The notes under the pieces: generated by a model
Databases searched by the model: none
Told to the model about the DNA's origin: nothing
What the model saw: the letters and a program-made list of their open reading frames with translations, nothing else
DNA from: Oligoflexales bacterium
GTDB taxonomy: Bacteria; Bdellovibrionota_B; Oligoflexia; Oligoflexales; CAIYRB01
Reading direction: 5' to 3'
DNA: 64,000 nucleotides
Assembly: GCA_041736175.1 (NCBI GenBank)
Contig: JBGSUI010000126.1
Span: forward strand, 6,863-70,862
Program-made: the position numbers and the translations under genes
Part shown: positions 20,517-31,298 of the stretch, piece by piece
Position numbering within the stretch: position 1 is the stretch's first letter
How the letters are laid out: the number at the start of each line of letters is the position of its first letter

Positions 20517-22532
20517 TTACCAGATTTTGACCACCTCCTTAGGGGGAAGGACCATGGCATCCTGGGCACGACATTGAAAGGCTTTGGCAAATGCAGGCTG
20601 GTTTTTGAGCTGCTGATTGACCCGAGCCACACCTAAGGAGTGGGGGTCGGTCTTAAGGAGCGCCTCCCTGGTTTTGGGGAGCATCACTTGGCACCAGACT
20701 CGGGCATATTGTAGGAAAAAAGCCTTTTTCATCTCGTCTGAGCCCTTCCCCTCTGGGAAAGCAGCGTTATAGGCAAAGGTGATGCCGGTCAGATCGCCGA
20801 TGTTTTCCCCTAAGGTAAGTCTGCCGTTATGTCCGATGGCATCAAATTGTTTGACAAGCTGCTGTCCCCTCTCTTTAAAGTTTTTGAGATCAGCCTCCGA
20901 CATCCAGGGGACGAGACGGCCCTCGGCGTCAAACTGGGCTCCTTGATCATCAATCCCATGGCCCAGCTCATGACCAATCACCGAACCCACGGCACCAAGG
21001 TTTACCTCGAGGGGCAGTGCTGGGTCGTAAAAAGGGTACTGCAAAATGCCGATGGGCATCACAAACTTATTATCTCCCGCACTATAGTAGGCATTAACAG
21101 TTAAAGGCCCCATCCCCCAGCGGGTAGGATCCCGTTTTTCTTTGAGCTCTCGCAGCTCCCTTTCTTGTAATTTAAGGGCTCTTGTTTCGATGTTGCCCTG
21201 GGGCTCCGTCTGGCTATAGGTGGCCTCAGGATTAAAATACCACTCGTTGTCGTTGCGTGGTTTGACCAGCTGGAGCGTGGCTTTTTCCATCTTTTTTCGA
21301 GCCCCGGCTTTTCCCTGCTCGCTGAGCCACTGGTTTTTATCGATACCTATGATAATGGCTTTGCGGACTTGTTCGGCAAGGGATACAAACTTTTCGTCGG
21401 GAAAGTCAGGAAACAGGGTCGGCAAAAGCTCGGCATCCAGCTCTTTGGTAAACATCTCCATCACCTGTGTGGTGCATCTCTCCTCCCGGACGGGTCGGGT
21501 CTTAGGTGCTCCGAGGTAGGTGACATTGAAGTTACGATAGGTATTGTAGAAGGAGGCATAACCATCGTCTAAAAGCGAACCAAGGCTAGCAAAGAGGTAA
21601 ACAGATTTTAGAGTCTCCAGGTCCTCTCGGGACAACCGATCATTGAGCCAGGCAAAGGTTTCGGGGGTCAAGTGCCTTACAACCGTGGCCTCAGGGACCA
21701 TTGGCAAAAAGTCGTCCAAATGAAACGTAGGATATTTGAGGACGAGATCGTTCCGACTGATGGCTGATTTTTTGACGATGATCTCTCGCCATTCCTCGGG
21801 GAGCGGGCTGATTTTAGCAAAGGCGGTTTCAAAATTCAAAACCGCAGTCGCTCGCTTAGCGCTGTCTTTATAGCCAAGGGTTTGGAAAAACTGGGTGAGC
21901 ACCATGGTGTAATCGAGCCGCAGTTTAGGATTGTCGTAGTAGGAGCGCTCCGGAAGGGTCATGGCATTGGCTGTAAAATAAAAATCCGAGTCCTCTGGAC
22001 GATCTTGGTTGGCGATGCCGCCGATCTCCAAAAAGCTGGTGCGGGCGGCTAGCCGCTCATCACCGAGGAAACGGGCAAAAGCTTTGTGGTCCTTGATTGC
22101 AGCCATGCGTTTGACCAGGGAAGCCACACGATTTTTGGTTTCTTTTTCCGCAGACTGGGGGTCCATGCAGGCGTTATAGACGGTCGCAAGGGTGTTGGAC
22201 CGGGTGGACAATGACGTACCCTGGCGGGAGGCTGTGGCGACCCCCTTGAGGTAGGCGGTTTTCTTAGCGAGGAGACGTTCGGAGGAGTCATTAAAGGCAA
22301 AGGTATGTTTGGAGCGATCGGGTCTTAAGGCAAAACTGTCAATCGCTTGGTTGCAGGCATAGGCGTAGAAGTCCTGGCAGGGATTGGTTTGGGGATCTAC
22401 AGGAAACTCCCGCCGCTCGGGAATCGAGCTGGAGGGCTCTGGTTTGGCTATAACGACTCCTCCCAAGACGAATAGAGGAAAAGTTACTATGGCAGTTAAT
22501 AGCAAGTTGCCAAACTTGGAAAGTATAAGCAT
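20517..22532 (-). CDS. M13 family metallopeptidase (neprilysin/PepO-like)
   Basis: PCQDFYAYAC, VNAYY, IGHELGHGID, TLGENIGD, DPHS. Confidence 0.95.
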   Translation of the reverse strand: MLILSKFGNLLLTAIVTFPLFVLGGVVIAKPEPSSSIPERREFPVDPQTNPCQDFYAYACNQAIDSFALRPDRSKHTFAFNDSSERLLAKKTAYLKGVATASRQGTSLSTRSNTLATVYNACMDPQSAEKETKNRVASLVKRMAAIKDHKAFARFLGDERLAARTSFLEIGGIANQDRPEDSDFYFTANAMTLPERSYYDNPKLRLDYTMVLTQFFQTLGYKDSAKRATAVLNFETAFAKISPLPEEWREIIVKKSAISRNDLVLKYPTFHLDDFLPMVPEATVVRHLTPETFAWLNDRLSREDLETLKSVYLFASLGSLLDDGYASFYNTYRNFNVTYLGAPKTRPVREERCTTQVMEMFTKELDAELLPTLFPDFPDEKFVSLAEQVRKAIIIGIDKNQWLSEQGKAGARKKMEKATLQLVKPRNDNEWYFNPEATYSQTEPQGNIETRALKLQERELRELKEKRDPTRWGMGPLTVNAYYSAGDNKFVMPIGILQYPFYDPALPLEVNLGAVGSVIGHELGHGIDDQGAQFDAEGRLVPWMSEADLKNFKERGQQLVKQFDAIGHNGRLTLGENIGDLTGITFAYNAAFPEGKGSDEMKKAFFLQYARVWCQVMLPKTREALLKTDPHSLGVARVNQQLKNQPAFAKAFQCRAQDAMVLPPKEVVKIW

Positions 22533-22573
22533 CGGAACCTCTTTTTGGTCGTCAGTAAAAGTATTTGCTGGAC

Positions 22574-23299
22574 TTAGGCTAGCCCAGCATAGATGCGGTG
22601 TACATCGTCAAAGTCGTCAATATCTCCAAGAAACGCTTCCACTTCGGCTTTTTCGGTGGCACCGAGGCTGACTCCGTCTTTAACGATATAACTCAGCTCA
22701 GCCTTGGAGGCGGACCAACCCTTTTCAGCAAGCTGCTTACCAACGAGGTCTAGATCTTCGGGGTTGGTAAAAAACCGGGCTCCGGTCTTGTCTGATTCCA
22801 CTTCTCCCGCTTCCAGGGGCTCGACTTCTTGGGCTCCCGCTTCGATAGCAGCCTCTTCGATATCGAGAGAGGGGGTCTCGTGGGAGGCTTCGATGACGCC
22901 GAGGCGGTTAAACATCCAGGCGACGGCGCCCATGGAACCCAGTTGTCCTTTGCGAAAAAGCCGCCTGATTTCGGCTGCGGAGCGGTTTTTGTTGTCCGTA
23001 AGGCACTCCACGATCACGGGCACGCGGTGGGGTGCGAATCCCTCGTAAGTCACCAGTTCGTAGGTGATCGTGCCGTCGAGGAGTCCTGCGCCTTTTTTGA
23101 TCGCCCGTTCGATGGTGTCCCGTGGCATTGACTGCTTACGGGCTGCTTCGACGGCCGCTCGCAGCCTGGCGTTATGGTCCGGGCTGGGATCCCCTAAGCG
23201 CGCAGCGACCATGATTTCCTTGGCTAGCTTACCAAAAATCAGCCCTTTTCTAGAGGCTGAGTCCACTCGACCGGCATGTTTCCATTGTGCGCCCATCAT
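22574..23299 (-). CDS. yebC: YebC/PmpR family protein
   Basis: KGLIFGKLAKEIMVAA, MPRDTIERAIKK, YEGFAP, TDNKNRS, DDFDDVHRIY. Confidence 0.93.
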   Translation of the reverse strand: MMGAQWKHAGRVDSASRKGLIFGKLAKEIMVAARLGDPSPDHNARLRAAVEAARKQSMPRDTIERAIKKGAGLLDGTITYELVTYEGFAPHRVPVIVECLTDNKNRSAAEIRRLFRKGQLGSMGAVAWMFNRLGVIEASHETPSLDIEEAAIEAGAQEVEPLEAGEVESDKTGARFFTNPEDLDLVGKQLAEKGWSASKAELSYIVKDGVSLGATEKAEVEAFLGDIDDFDDVHRIYAGLA

Positions 23300-23390
23300 C
23301 TCTCCCTTCCGGCTAAAAATCCTCACTCTTTGTCACTTAGAATCGGGTCCCCTGTCAATGGGTAGGGCGACTTAGGGGTGGTTGTACCGA

Positions 23391-24863
23391 TCAAGGAGAC
23401 TGTTGCAAGCCGTCTTGTTGTTCCCAAAGAGCTTGGAGAAACGCAGCCACGGACCGACAGGCGGCCTCGGGGGATACTCCGACGGGAGGGGCGATCACCG
23501 CAGCCATGTCGGCGACCGACCGCTTACCATCGATCAGGTCGAGAGTTAAAGAGAGGATCTTATGGTGGTGGGCTTGGTTTTTAAAAAGCGTGTTTCGGGG
23601 GATGGAGATCTGGTGGTCGATCAGCCAGGGTGGCCATTTACCTAGGCTTGAGGATTGGGTTCCCCTAGCAGGATTTCCAACAAGTGGTTTGCGGGCCCTA
23701 AAGACGAGGATATTTTCCCAGCGTTTTTGGGCCTCACAGGGTGAGTGGAGGTAAGGGATGTCTTTTTCCTGGGAGACTTGGACCTCAAAGCCAGCATCCT
23801 GGACCGCTGCCAAAAACTCCCCACGGCTCCACCGGTCCTGCGGAGCCCCCTTTTGAAAGGCTGTAGAACCCGCAAACGTCCAGAGGCCCCCAGGCTCAAG
23901 CAGATCAAAGATGCGGACGATGCTGTGCTGGGGGATTTCCGGCAAAATATCGATGATCCACGGGGTGATGATGGCCGCGAGGGACCCAGGGGAAAACGGC
24001 GGGTTTAACCAGTCTCCAGCCCATAGATGCAAGGGGATTTTGAGGGGCTTAGTTTGCGGCAATCTCAGGGTATGCCTAGACCCGGTTTCGTAACCCAGCC
24101 GTGGTGCAACCGGCCATTCGATCAGGTCTAGAGAGTCCCCTGCGATGACCGTGGCACCGATATGTAATAGGTAGGGGTTGATATCAAATCCTACGAGGGC
24201 GCTCCAAGGAACCTCAGGGTCAGTCGCCAGATCCCAGAGGAGCCGTCCTGAGCCGCAGCCCGCCACCAGGCAGACGCCAGGTGGGCCGGGATTATCCTCG
24301 GACTTGGGGATCGCTGTGGGGCGGACAAGATCATAGAATATGGCATTTTCTTCGCTTTGCCAGCTCCAGTCCCTGAGTGCATGGGTGCGGTATGACTCCA
24401 GAGTCTGTTGGTAGCTCATGGGATCAAAAAAAGCTTTCTTGGCCAGAGGGGGCAAGTGATCCTGTTGAGGCTGTGATCGCTCCCAGGTGAGGGACTCAGC
24501 CCAGTGTTGCAGGCTGGTGAGTTCAAATTTTTTTAAGTCCCGTTGGCGACTCATCCGTTTCAGGGTGATTTCGGTCACTTTTTTGGTTTCTAAGAGGGAG
24601 CTAGAAAGCTCCTTAAGATTTTTTTCTAGACATTCAATCTCCTGGCCCAGCGTCTCACACCGGGTTTCAATACGGACCTTCCATTGGTCGTATTTCAAGC
24701 GTGAGTCCACAAAAAACCAGGGGATGCCGCCGACAACTTCCAAGTGCCAGGGACATTTTAGGCACCTCACATCGATGTCAGAGTCGTGATGGGGGATGTG
24801 ACTCCCACACCGGGGGCAGGAAAACGGTCCGTGGGGGAGCCCTTTAAAATTGTTCGGTTTCAA
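23391..24863 (-). CDS. Class I SAM-dependent methyltransferase with N-terminal Cys (Zn-ribbon/Trm112-like) module
   Basis: VAGCGSGRLLWDL motif I, GFDINP, TPWIIDIL, LLEPGGLW; CPRC...CLKC at the N-terminus. Confidence 0.7.
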   Translation of the reverse strand: MKPNNFKGLPHGPFSCPRCGSHIPHHDSDIDVRCLKCPWHLEVVGGIPWFFVDSRLKYDQWKVRIETRCETLGQEIECLEKNLKELSSSLLETKKVTEITLKRMSRQRDLKKFELTSLQHWAESLTWERSQPQQDHLPPLAKKAFFDPMSYQQTLESYRTHALRDWSWQSEENAIFYDLVRPTAIPKSEDNPGPPGVCLVAGCGSGRLLWDLATDPEVPWSALVGFDINPYLLHIGATVIAGDSLDLIEWPVAPRLGYETGSRHTLRLPQTKPLKIPLHLWAGDWLNPPFSPGSLAAIITPWIIDILPEIPQHSIVRIFDLLEPGGLWTFAGSTAFQKGAPQDRWSRGEFLAAVQDAGFEVQVSQEKDIPYLHSPCEAQKRWENILVFRARKPLVGNPARGTQSSSLGKWPPWLIDHQISIPRNTLFKNQAHHHKILSLTLDLIDGKRSVADMAAVIAPPVGVSPEAACRSVAAFLQALWEQQDGLQQSP

Positions 24864-24901
24864 TGGAAGACCCCCCGGAGGGTTAGAAGGTGGTCACTTG
24901 A

Positions 24902-25795
24902 TCAGGTGAGTTTAAAGGAGCGCATCAGCTGGGAGGCCAAGGGGTTTTGGATCCTCCGCTCTGCAGCGATCAACCAAAGCTCTTCGTAAAGATTTGGGAT
25001 CGTGCCGATCATAAACAGGGATTTTTGCTGAACCGCCTCTTCGGCCTGGGGCAAGGGTAGGGGAACCAGGCCCTCACCTTTGGTCGCAAGGAGTATTTGT
25101 AGCGACCGGCTTTGGACTTCCGCAACCGTTCTAAATTCAATTCCTGTGAGATTCATGGAGTGATTAAAATCCTGCCGGAGTTTGCTCTTGGTACTAGGGA
25201 GAATAAAGTCCTTATCCCGGAGGGATTCTGGAAACTGTTTTTTAAGGTCGCTGGACCCCGCAGCACCACAGATGACCACCGGAAACCGGGCGATGCAGCG
25301 GGAGTAAAAGGTTTGGGCTTCGGTGACCGGTGGTGGCTCGTTGGTCAGCGCTAGATCAATCCGGTGGGCCTTAAGCTCGCGAAGCAAGTCTTCAAGAGAG
25401 CCCTCCATCATGGTGACTTGGCATTCTTGATTGGCCTTTGCATAGGTGATGAGTTGTAAGCTGTATTGGTGGGAGACGCTGTCCGCAGCCCCAAACTGAA
25501 TGTGGAGTTTGGTGCCAGTATGGTGATCCGTGAGGGAGTCAACCATCTCGTCTCCCAAGCGAAAAATCTCTTGGGCATAACCTAGGACCAGCTGGCCGGC
25601 CTCGGTGAGAGTCAGCCTCCGGTTGGTCCGATCAAAAAGGGTGTGGCCGATAGCATCTTCAAATTGTTTGATCTGGGTGGACAGGGTGGGCTGGCCGAGG
25701 CGTAGTTTTTTGGCGGCCTTGGCGATCCCCCCTTCCATGGCGATGGTCTTAAAATAGAGCAGGTGATGATAGTTGACCCAAGGGCGGCGACCCAT
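24902..25795 (-). CDS. LysR family regulator, NhaR-like
   Basis: NYHHLLYFKTIAMEGGIAKAAKKLRLGQPTLSTQIKQFE helix-turn-helix. Confidence 0.9.
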   Translation of the reverse strand: MGRRPWVNYHHLLYFKTIAMEGGIAKAAKKLRLGQPTLSTQIKQFEDAIGHTLFDRTNRRLTLTEAGQLVLGYAQEIFRLGDEMVDSLTDHHTGTKLHIQFGAADSVSHQYSLQLITYAKANQECQVTMMEGSLEDLLRELKAHRIDLALTNEPPPVTEAQTFYSRCIARFPVVICGAAGSSDLKKQFPESLRDKDFILPSTKSKLRQDFNHSMNLTGIEFRTVAEVQSRSLQILLATKGEGLVPLPLPQAEEAVQQKSLFMIGTIPNLYEELWLIAAERRIQNPLASQLMRSFKLT

Positions 25796-25922
25796 AAATT
25801 CGTCCCCTATATTGGCGTACTCAGTGAGTTTCAATAGGACTCTAGGTCTTTTTGTTGTACCATGAAAGTTTACCATAGTTCTAAAGAAAACCACAGAAAT
25901 CCATTGTTTTAAGGAGCTCTCT

Positions 25923-26357
25923 ATGAAGTCTCACATGTCCCAAAAACCAGCGACCCCATCCAAAATCTCTCTCTGGAGTCTTGATGGTCGGTCCTTTGTG
26001 TTTGGTCTCACTTTTGCCTTGGTAGGAGGTCTAGGAGCTGAGATGGCGGGAGCCTTTAATCTGGCCAATATCACTAAATCCGTTTCCAATTTAGTCAATA
26101 TTAAAAAAAATCTAGACAGCGACGTTAAACTGCTCACAGCAGACGCTAAAAAACTCCTTGGTAGCAAAGACCAGCTTTTGCAGATCAAGGACAAGCTTTT
26201 GAACCTTGCCAAAGACACCAAATCTCAGGTGGACTCCATCCAGAGCTTGGTTTCCCAAGTTGAAGGCCAACTCAAGGCCACAGAGGCTAACATCGCCACG
26301 ACCGCAACCCACGTGAATGAGATCGACCAGGTCCGCAAAGCCTTAGGAGGATCCTAG
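25923..26357 (+). CDS. Hypothetical membrane-anchored coiled-coil protein
   Basis: AAGGAG RBS; one hydrophobic segment then heptad-like helices. Confidence 0.65.
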   Translation: MKSHMSQKPATPSKISLWSLDGRSFVFGLTFALVGGLGAEMAGAFNLANITKSVSNLVNIKKNLDSDVKLLTADAKKLLGSKDQLLQIKDKLLNLAKDTKSQVDSIQSLVSQVEGQLKATEANIATTATHVNEIDQVRKALGGS

Positions 26358-26384
26358 TCGAGCCGATTTGTTTTACATTTGGTT

Positions 26385-26420
26385 AAGCCGGGCGGCTCCC
26401 TGAGGGGGAGCCTGGGGCTT
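26385..26420. terminator. GC-rich hairpin between convergent genes (probable terminator)
   Basis: AAGCC..GGCTCCC-TGAGG-GGGAGCC..GGCTT. Confidence 0.55.
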
Positions 26421-26670
26421 ATTTCATCTTCTGTTCTTTAAAAATCACGTGTTTTTGGACTTTAGGATCGTATTTTTTACGTTCGAGTTTATCACGGCCC
26501 TTTTTGCGGGCTGTCACATAAAAGTAACCGGTATCTGCGGTGGATACCAATCGTACAAGTTCTCGGTTTTGCTTCTTTGCCACGGGGATCTCTCCTGTTG
26601 ACCTTTAAATGACCCATTTAAGGTTGGTGAAACTAGCAATTAAAGTGGGGTGGGGCAATCTCTATTTTTT

Positions 26671-28062
26671 TTAGCCTTCAGGTTGGACCATTTTTTCGGG
26701 TCTCACATGACGATCAAAGTCTTCTGCAGTCATAAGTCCTAGTTGGACGGCTGCCTGTTTGAGGGTGAGATTTTCTTGGTAGGCTTTTTTTGCCACCTTT
26801 GCCGCCTGGTCGTAGCCAATCACCGGATTGAGGGCGGTCACCAACATCAGGGACTGATCCAGGTGGCGTTTGATCATATCGCGGTTTGCTTCGATGCCGA
26901 CGATACAATTTTCATTAAAGCTTTTCATGGCATCGGCCAGTAGCCCAAGGGATTCCAGCACATTATGGATGATGACCGGCTTAAAGACATTTAGCTCAAA
27001 GTGCCCCTGGCTGCCGGCGATTCCGACCGCAGTATCAAGACCCATCACGTGGACGGCAACCATCGTCAGAGCCTCGCACTGGGTGGGGTTCACCTTGCCC
27101 GGCATGATCGAGCTTCCGGGCTCGTTGGCAGGCAAGATCAGCTCCCCTATCCCCGACCGGGGTCCACTCCCAAGGAGTCTGATATCATTGGCGATCTTAA
27201 GGCAAGCTACGGCCAACCCCCGCAAGGCACTGCTGGCTGTCACCAAGGCATCATGGGCCGCAAGGGCCGCAAACTTGTTTGGCGCCGTCCTAAAGGCAAA
27301 TCCCGTCAGTTTGCCGATATGGAGCGCGACTTTTTCGGCATACTGGGGATGGGTGTTAAGTCCGGTGCCGACAGCGCTGCCACCCAGGGCTAAATCCAAG
27401 AGGGCTTCGATGGCTTCGAGGATTCGCTTTTCCCCTTGTTCCAGCTGGGAGGCGTATCCCGAAAACTCTTGGCCTAGGGTGAGAGGAGTCGCATCCATCA
27501 AGTGGGTTCGCCCGATTTTGATGATGTCTTTAAACTCTTCGGCCTTTGCCCAGAAAACCCGCTGGAGGTTGCGTAACTCAGGGAGGAGGTTTTGTTGGAA
27601 GTCGCTAACCGCTGCCACATGCATAAAGGTGGGAAATGCATCGTTAGACGACTGGGACATATTGACGTCGTCGTTAGGGTGAACAGGCTTTTTGGAGCCT
27701 AGTGTCCCCCCAGCGATCTCAATGGCCCGGTTGGCGATCACCTCGTTGGCGTTCATATTGGACTGGGTGCCGCTGCCTGTCTGCCAAACCACCAGGGGAA
27801 AATGGGAGTCGAGTTTGCCGGCAATCACCTCGTCGGCAGCCATCACGATCAAGTCGCATTTTTCTTTAGAAAGTTTGCCCAGCTCAAAGTTAGTGAGGGC
27901 TGCTGCTTTTTTGACGATTCCAAAGGCCCTGATCATGCCCCGCGAAAATCGGTGCCCGCCTATCTTAAAGTTTTGCAAGGACCTCTGGGTCTGGGCCCCC
28001 CAGTAGCGATCTTTTTGGACTTCGATGCTGCCTATGGAATCGGTTTCGATGCGCGCGGACAT
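26671..28062 (-). CDS. fumC: Fumarate hydratase class II
   Basis: [52 protein letters not shown]. Confidence 0.97.
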   Translation of the reverse strand: MSARIETDSIGSIEVQKDRYWGAQTQRSLQNFKIGGHRFSRGMIRAFGIVKKAAALTNFELGKLSKEKCDLIVMAADEVIAGKLDSHFPLVVWQTGSGTQSNMNANEVIANRAIEIAGGTLGSKKPVHPNDDVNMSQSSNDAFPTFMHVAAVSDFQQNLLPELRNLQRVFWAKAEEFKDIIKIGRTHLMDATPLTLGQEFSGYASQLEQGEKRILEAIEALLDLALGGSAVGTGLNTHPQYAEKVALHIGKLTGFAFRTAPNKFAALAAHDALVTASSALRGLAVACLKIANDIRLLGSGPRSGIGELILPANEPGSSIMPGKVNPTQCEALTMVAVHVMGLDTAVGIAGSQGHFELNVFKPVIIHNVLESLGLLADAMKSFNENCIVGIEANRDMIKRHLDQSLMLVTALNPVIGYDQAAKVAKKAYQENLTLKQAAVQLGLMTAEDFDRHVRPEKMVQPEG

Positions 28063-28073
28063 TGTAAACACTC

Positions 28074-28904
28074 CTATGTTTTGGCCTTAATTTTGGCGTA
28101 CAGATGGTAAGACCCCAAGATCGAACCCATCCACCAGGCTCCGAGGATAAGCCTAAGGAGGACTTCCCAGGTTTCGGGAGTGGTCCAAGACCCCCACGTG
28201 CCAAGCTGCTGGGACGCTGCTGCCGCTCCTTTAGAAACATCTTCCACAAAGAGCGATAGACCCTCCGGTAGTAGCACCATAAGGAGGATAAAAGCTACCA
28301 AAAGCGGGGTGTGGCCTTTGGCCAACTGGCGGCTTCGAAACCTTGCCTGCCAAGGGCTCAGGGACTCCACCACCACCAAGGTCTGGGCATAGACCAGCGG
28401 CACCATCACATAGGTTGCGCCAATGATACCGTAGGGTATCAGGGCATAGGGGGAATCCCATTTGAAGAGATAATTGACCAGAAGACCCGGCAGCAGGGCG
28501 ATGGCCGTGCCCCCCATCAAAATAAAGCTTATAATAAAACTGACAATCAACAGGGATGACCAAAGGCGAAGACTGGTACCTAGGTTCTCCAAAAGAGCTG
28601 AGGTTAACGCCGGAAGAGTGTCGGATCCCCCTGTCCTAGGCGCCGGGTGGGGAGCGGGGTGAGGTTGGGAGTGGGGCCGGGATCGTTGGTGGAGGACGAG
28701 GAGGACCATGGCGGTGAGGATCGGGGTTAACAGGATCCCGATGGCCCCGTCAAACACAAATCCCGTAACCTGCTCGGAAGCCCCCCAATGCTCCCCTACC
28801 GTCCAGCGTAGGAGTTCGAGTGGTAAATCGACTATGAAATTGAGAAAGATAAGGTTGACGACTAGACTTTTTGTGATCGGAGAATCCACCGCCGCCTCTG
28901 CCAT
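28074..28904 (-). CDS. Hypothetical polytopic membrane protein
   Basis: Several TM segments, His/Pro-rich loop; directly upstream of fumC. Confidence 0.65.
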   Translation of the reverse strand: MAEAAVDSPITKSLVVNLIFLNFIVDLPLELLRWTVGEHWGASEQVTGFVFDGAIGILLTPILTAMVLLVLHQRSRPHSQPHPAPHPAPRTGGSDTLPALTSALLENLGTSLRLWSSLLIVSFIISFILMGGTAIALLPGLLVNYLFKWDSPYALIPYGIIGATYVMVPLVYAQTLVVVESLSPWQARFRSRQLAKGHTPLLVAFILLMVLLPEGLSLFVEDVSKGAAAASQQLGTWGSWTTPETWEVLLRLILGAWWMGSILGSYHLYAKIKAKT

Positions 28905-29089
28905 GTCTGGAATCTCCCCAAAAAATAAAGACCCTTAACTGGGCTCAACCTGCCGAAATCCTATATTTTACCAGAGGCTGAGTCAATCTGGCTTTTATAT
29001 GATTTGCTTGGGACGGCTCGCCGCTGGTAAACCTTGTCGGTGGGTGACTCTGAGACACAAACGGAACCGGACGATAGGGAGCATTTATT

Positions 29090-30331
29090 GTGATTTTTTG
29101 CGCGATGCTGTTGTTGTTAAGCGGTCGGGTCCTAGCCCAAGGGGCTGCCAAGGAGATCTCAATGCCCGCGAGCCCTGGTCCACTGAAGGAGCGCCTTTGG
29201 GGCGAAGTGAGTCAAAAGCTGATGGCCATCCCCAACCATCCCTGGGCGCTGCCGGTGGCGACTCCCCTCTATCAAAAGACTATCGGTTCTTGGCAGTTAC
29301 CTCCCGGCATTGCCGACACATCCCCCTCGCTCTGTCCATCTCTCTACCCACCCGTGCGTCAGCTCCTCCAGGCGGTCGGCCCGTCGCTTTTTCTGGTGGC
29401 TCCCCAAGATGGGGAGGTGACTGTCCTCCAAAACGCTTTTGATCCCGAGCAGGCTCAAAAACCCTCAGCGCCTTTGGTGGGAGCCTATCTCAAAGCCCGA
29501 GGGCAGCGGATCTTTGTGGCTGCAGTCCTTCAGGGCTCGCCAGCTTCCATGGCGGGGGTGATGGCCGGGGATGAGGTCGTCTCCATCCAGGGTAAACCAC
29601 CAAAGGTGGATCCCCAGGGTTTCCCTAAGGGCGCAACCCAGTGGGTCCTCCGAAGGTCCCCCTCTCATCTCGTGCCTGTGATGGTGCCAGCACCCGTAGC
29701 ACAAACGATCGACGACCTGATTGCCGAACATATCAAGCTTGTCCCTCGAAAAATTGTGACTAAAGCTGGGACTTCCACAAAAAGTGTCGTCTATGCCCAC
29801 CTAGCTTCGACCCATCGGACACGATTTTTTATTGATTTTAAGGAGGCTGTGAACGCCCTTCTCGTTCCGGAGGGGCCTCTCAGGCCCAAGCCTCCTTCTA
29901 AGGCCCACAAAGTCACCGGACTGATCATCGACCTTAGGGGTCCCTTTGGCCCGGTGGGGTCGAGTTTTGCGGAGCTTCTGAGTGAGCCAAATTGGTTTTT
30001 TGGAACCGATCCCCAAAAACCCTTACGCCCTGTGGCCGTGCTAGTGGACGAGACGACCCTAGGGGGACGGGAGTGGTTGGCATGGATGCTGAAATCAAAG
30101 GCAGGAGCCACCTTGGTGGGAGCCCATACAGGAGGCATGTGGGCTTCGAGTCAGTGGCTACCCCTTGAGGTGTGTCCTGGATATTTACTAGTCCCCCAGG
30201 GCTCTACCAAAGCTCCTTTACCCGAAGGGATCGGGCTAACACCAGATGTGGTGGTCCCTACTTCTATAGTCTATATGAGCGGTGCAGATCCTGTTTTGGA
30301 AGCTGCGATCCGGTCTCTGGACCGGACTTAG
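29090..30331 (+). CDS. PDZ + S41 (tail-specific protease)-like protein, apparently catalytically degenerate
   Basis: SPASMAGVMAGDEVVSIQG (PDZ), LIIDLRG, VLVDETTLGGRE, LVGAHTGG, GIGLTPDVVV. Confidence 0.7.
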   Translation: MIFCAMLLLLSGRVLAQGAAKEISMPASPGPLKERLWGEVSQKLMAIPNHPWALPVATPLYQKTIGSWQLPPGIADTSPSLCPSLYPPVRQLLQAVGPSLFLVAPQDGEVTVLQNAFDPEQAQKPSAPLVGAYLKARGQRIFVAAVLQGSPASMAGVMAGDEVVSIQGKPPKVDPQGFPKGATQWVLRRSPSHLVPVMVPAPVAQTIDDLIAEHIKLVPRKIVTKAGTSTKSVVYAHLASTHRTRFFIDFKEAVNALLVPEGPLRPKPPSKAHKVTGLIIDLRGPFGPVGSSFAELLSEPNWFFGTDPQKPLRPVAVLVDETTLGGREWLAWMLKSKAGATLVGAHTGGMWASSQWLPLEVCPGYLLVPQGSTKAPLPEGIGLTPDVVVPTSIVYMSGADPVLEAAIRSLDRT

Positions 30332-30383
30332 GTCGTTTAAACCTTCTTTCGAGCTTGGTCCACGAATAGAGTTACCTATGGGC

Positions 30384-31298
30384 TTATTCAGCTGGGCGTA
30401 CATAGACCTCGATATTTTTTTCTGGTTGAGTTTTGTTAAGTTGTTGGTAGAGGGGTTTGCGAAGATCAAGATGGAGAGATCCTTTTGCGCAAGGGTTTTT
30501 CCCCTCATAAACCTCTTTGTAACGGTTGTTCCAATGTTGGGAAGGACAAGCATCGTAAATCACTGCTGGCACACTCTTTGACTTATCTTTCGTGGAGACG
30601 ATAAACTTTTTTCCACAAGGGACATTGCAACGGGGTTCACGCACCATTTTTTGACCGTTCTCGACTCGCTTCACATCATTTGGCATCTTATCCCACTTAC
30701 CTTGGCAATCGGAATGATCGCATATTGCCCAGCTTTCATTTTCACAGGAACCAGGCCAAAAAGGTGACTGTTCGGTGACAGCAAAATACAAGCCTCCGTG
30801 ATTGTTGGCATCGCCGCAGGTGGTTTTATAATAGTGCTCACCATTGAATGGGTAGTAGGTGGTGTTAAACAAAATATCTTTGCCATTGTTTACATTGTTT
30901 ACAGGCGTCGGAGCTTTCTGGGCTGTAGCATTATTTTGGGTTTTCAGAAATTTACATGATTGGTTTTTTTCCCATCCCCATCCTTGGACATGATTAGGTA
31001 CGGCTTTAGGTGAGCAAATCGGCCATAGCAGACAACTCTTTCCGTTTTCATAGCCCCAAGTATTGTCTGGAGAAGGAGTCGCTTTGTTTTGGCAAACAGG
31101 ATAAACAGTGCAGGAAGTTCGATTTTCTTCCCACCCAGTGCCATCGTTTTCAGGATCTATCGCGCCTAAGGTGCATGTCGGTAAGGAATTCGCTGTTACT
31201 GAAGAGTCAGAGCTTTCAGTGATATTGCAGCCCTGTGTAGGAAAAAAAACAAGATTGAGGGTAGCAAACAGGATTCCGAAATACAAGGTTTTGTTCAT
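30384..31298 (-). CDS. Lipoprotein with three CBM10-like repeats and a DPBB (expansin/RlpA-like) domain
   Basis: Repeats P.C...GWEENRTSC, WGYENGKSC, WGWEKNQSC; C-terminal VIYDACP...HLDL; Cys after a hydrophobic signal (TQGC). Confidence 0.7.
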   Translation of the reverse strand: MNKTLYFGILFATLNLVFFPTQGCNITESSDSSVTANSLPTCTLGAIDPENDGTGWEENRTSCTVYPVCQNKATPSPDNTWGYENGKSCLLWPICSPKAVPNHVQGWGWEKNQSCKFLKTQNNATAQKAPTPVNNVNNGKDILFNTTYYPFNGEHYYKTTCGDANNHGGLYFAVTEQSPFWPGSCENESWAICDHSDCQGKWDKMPNDVKRVENGQKMVREPRCNVPCGKKFIVSTKDKSKSVPAVIYDACPSQHWNNRYKEVYEGKNPCAKGSLHLDLRKPLYQQLNKTQPEKNIEVYVRPAE

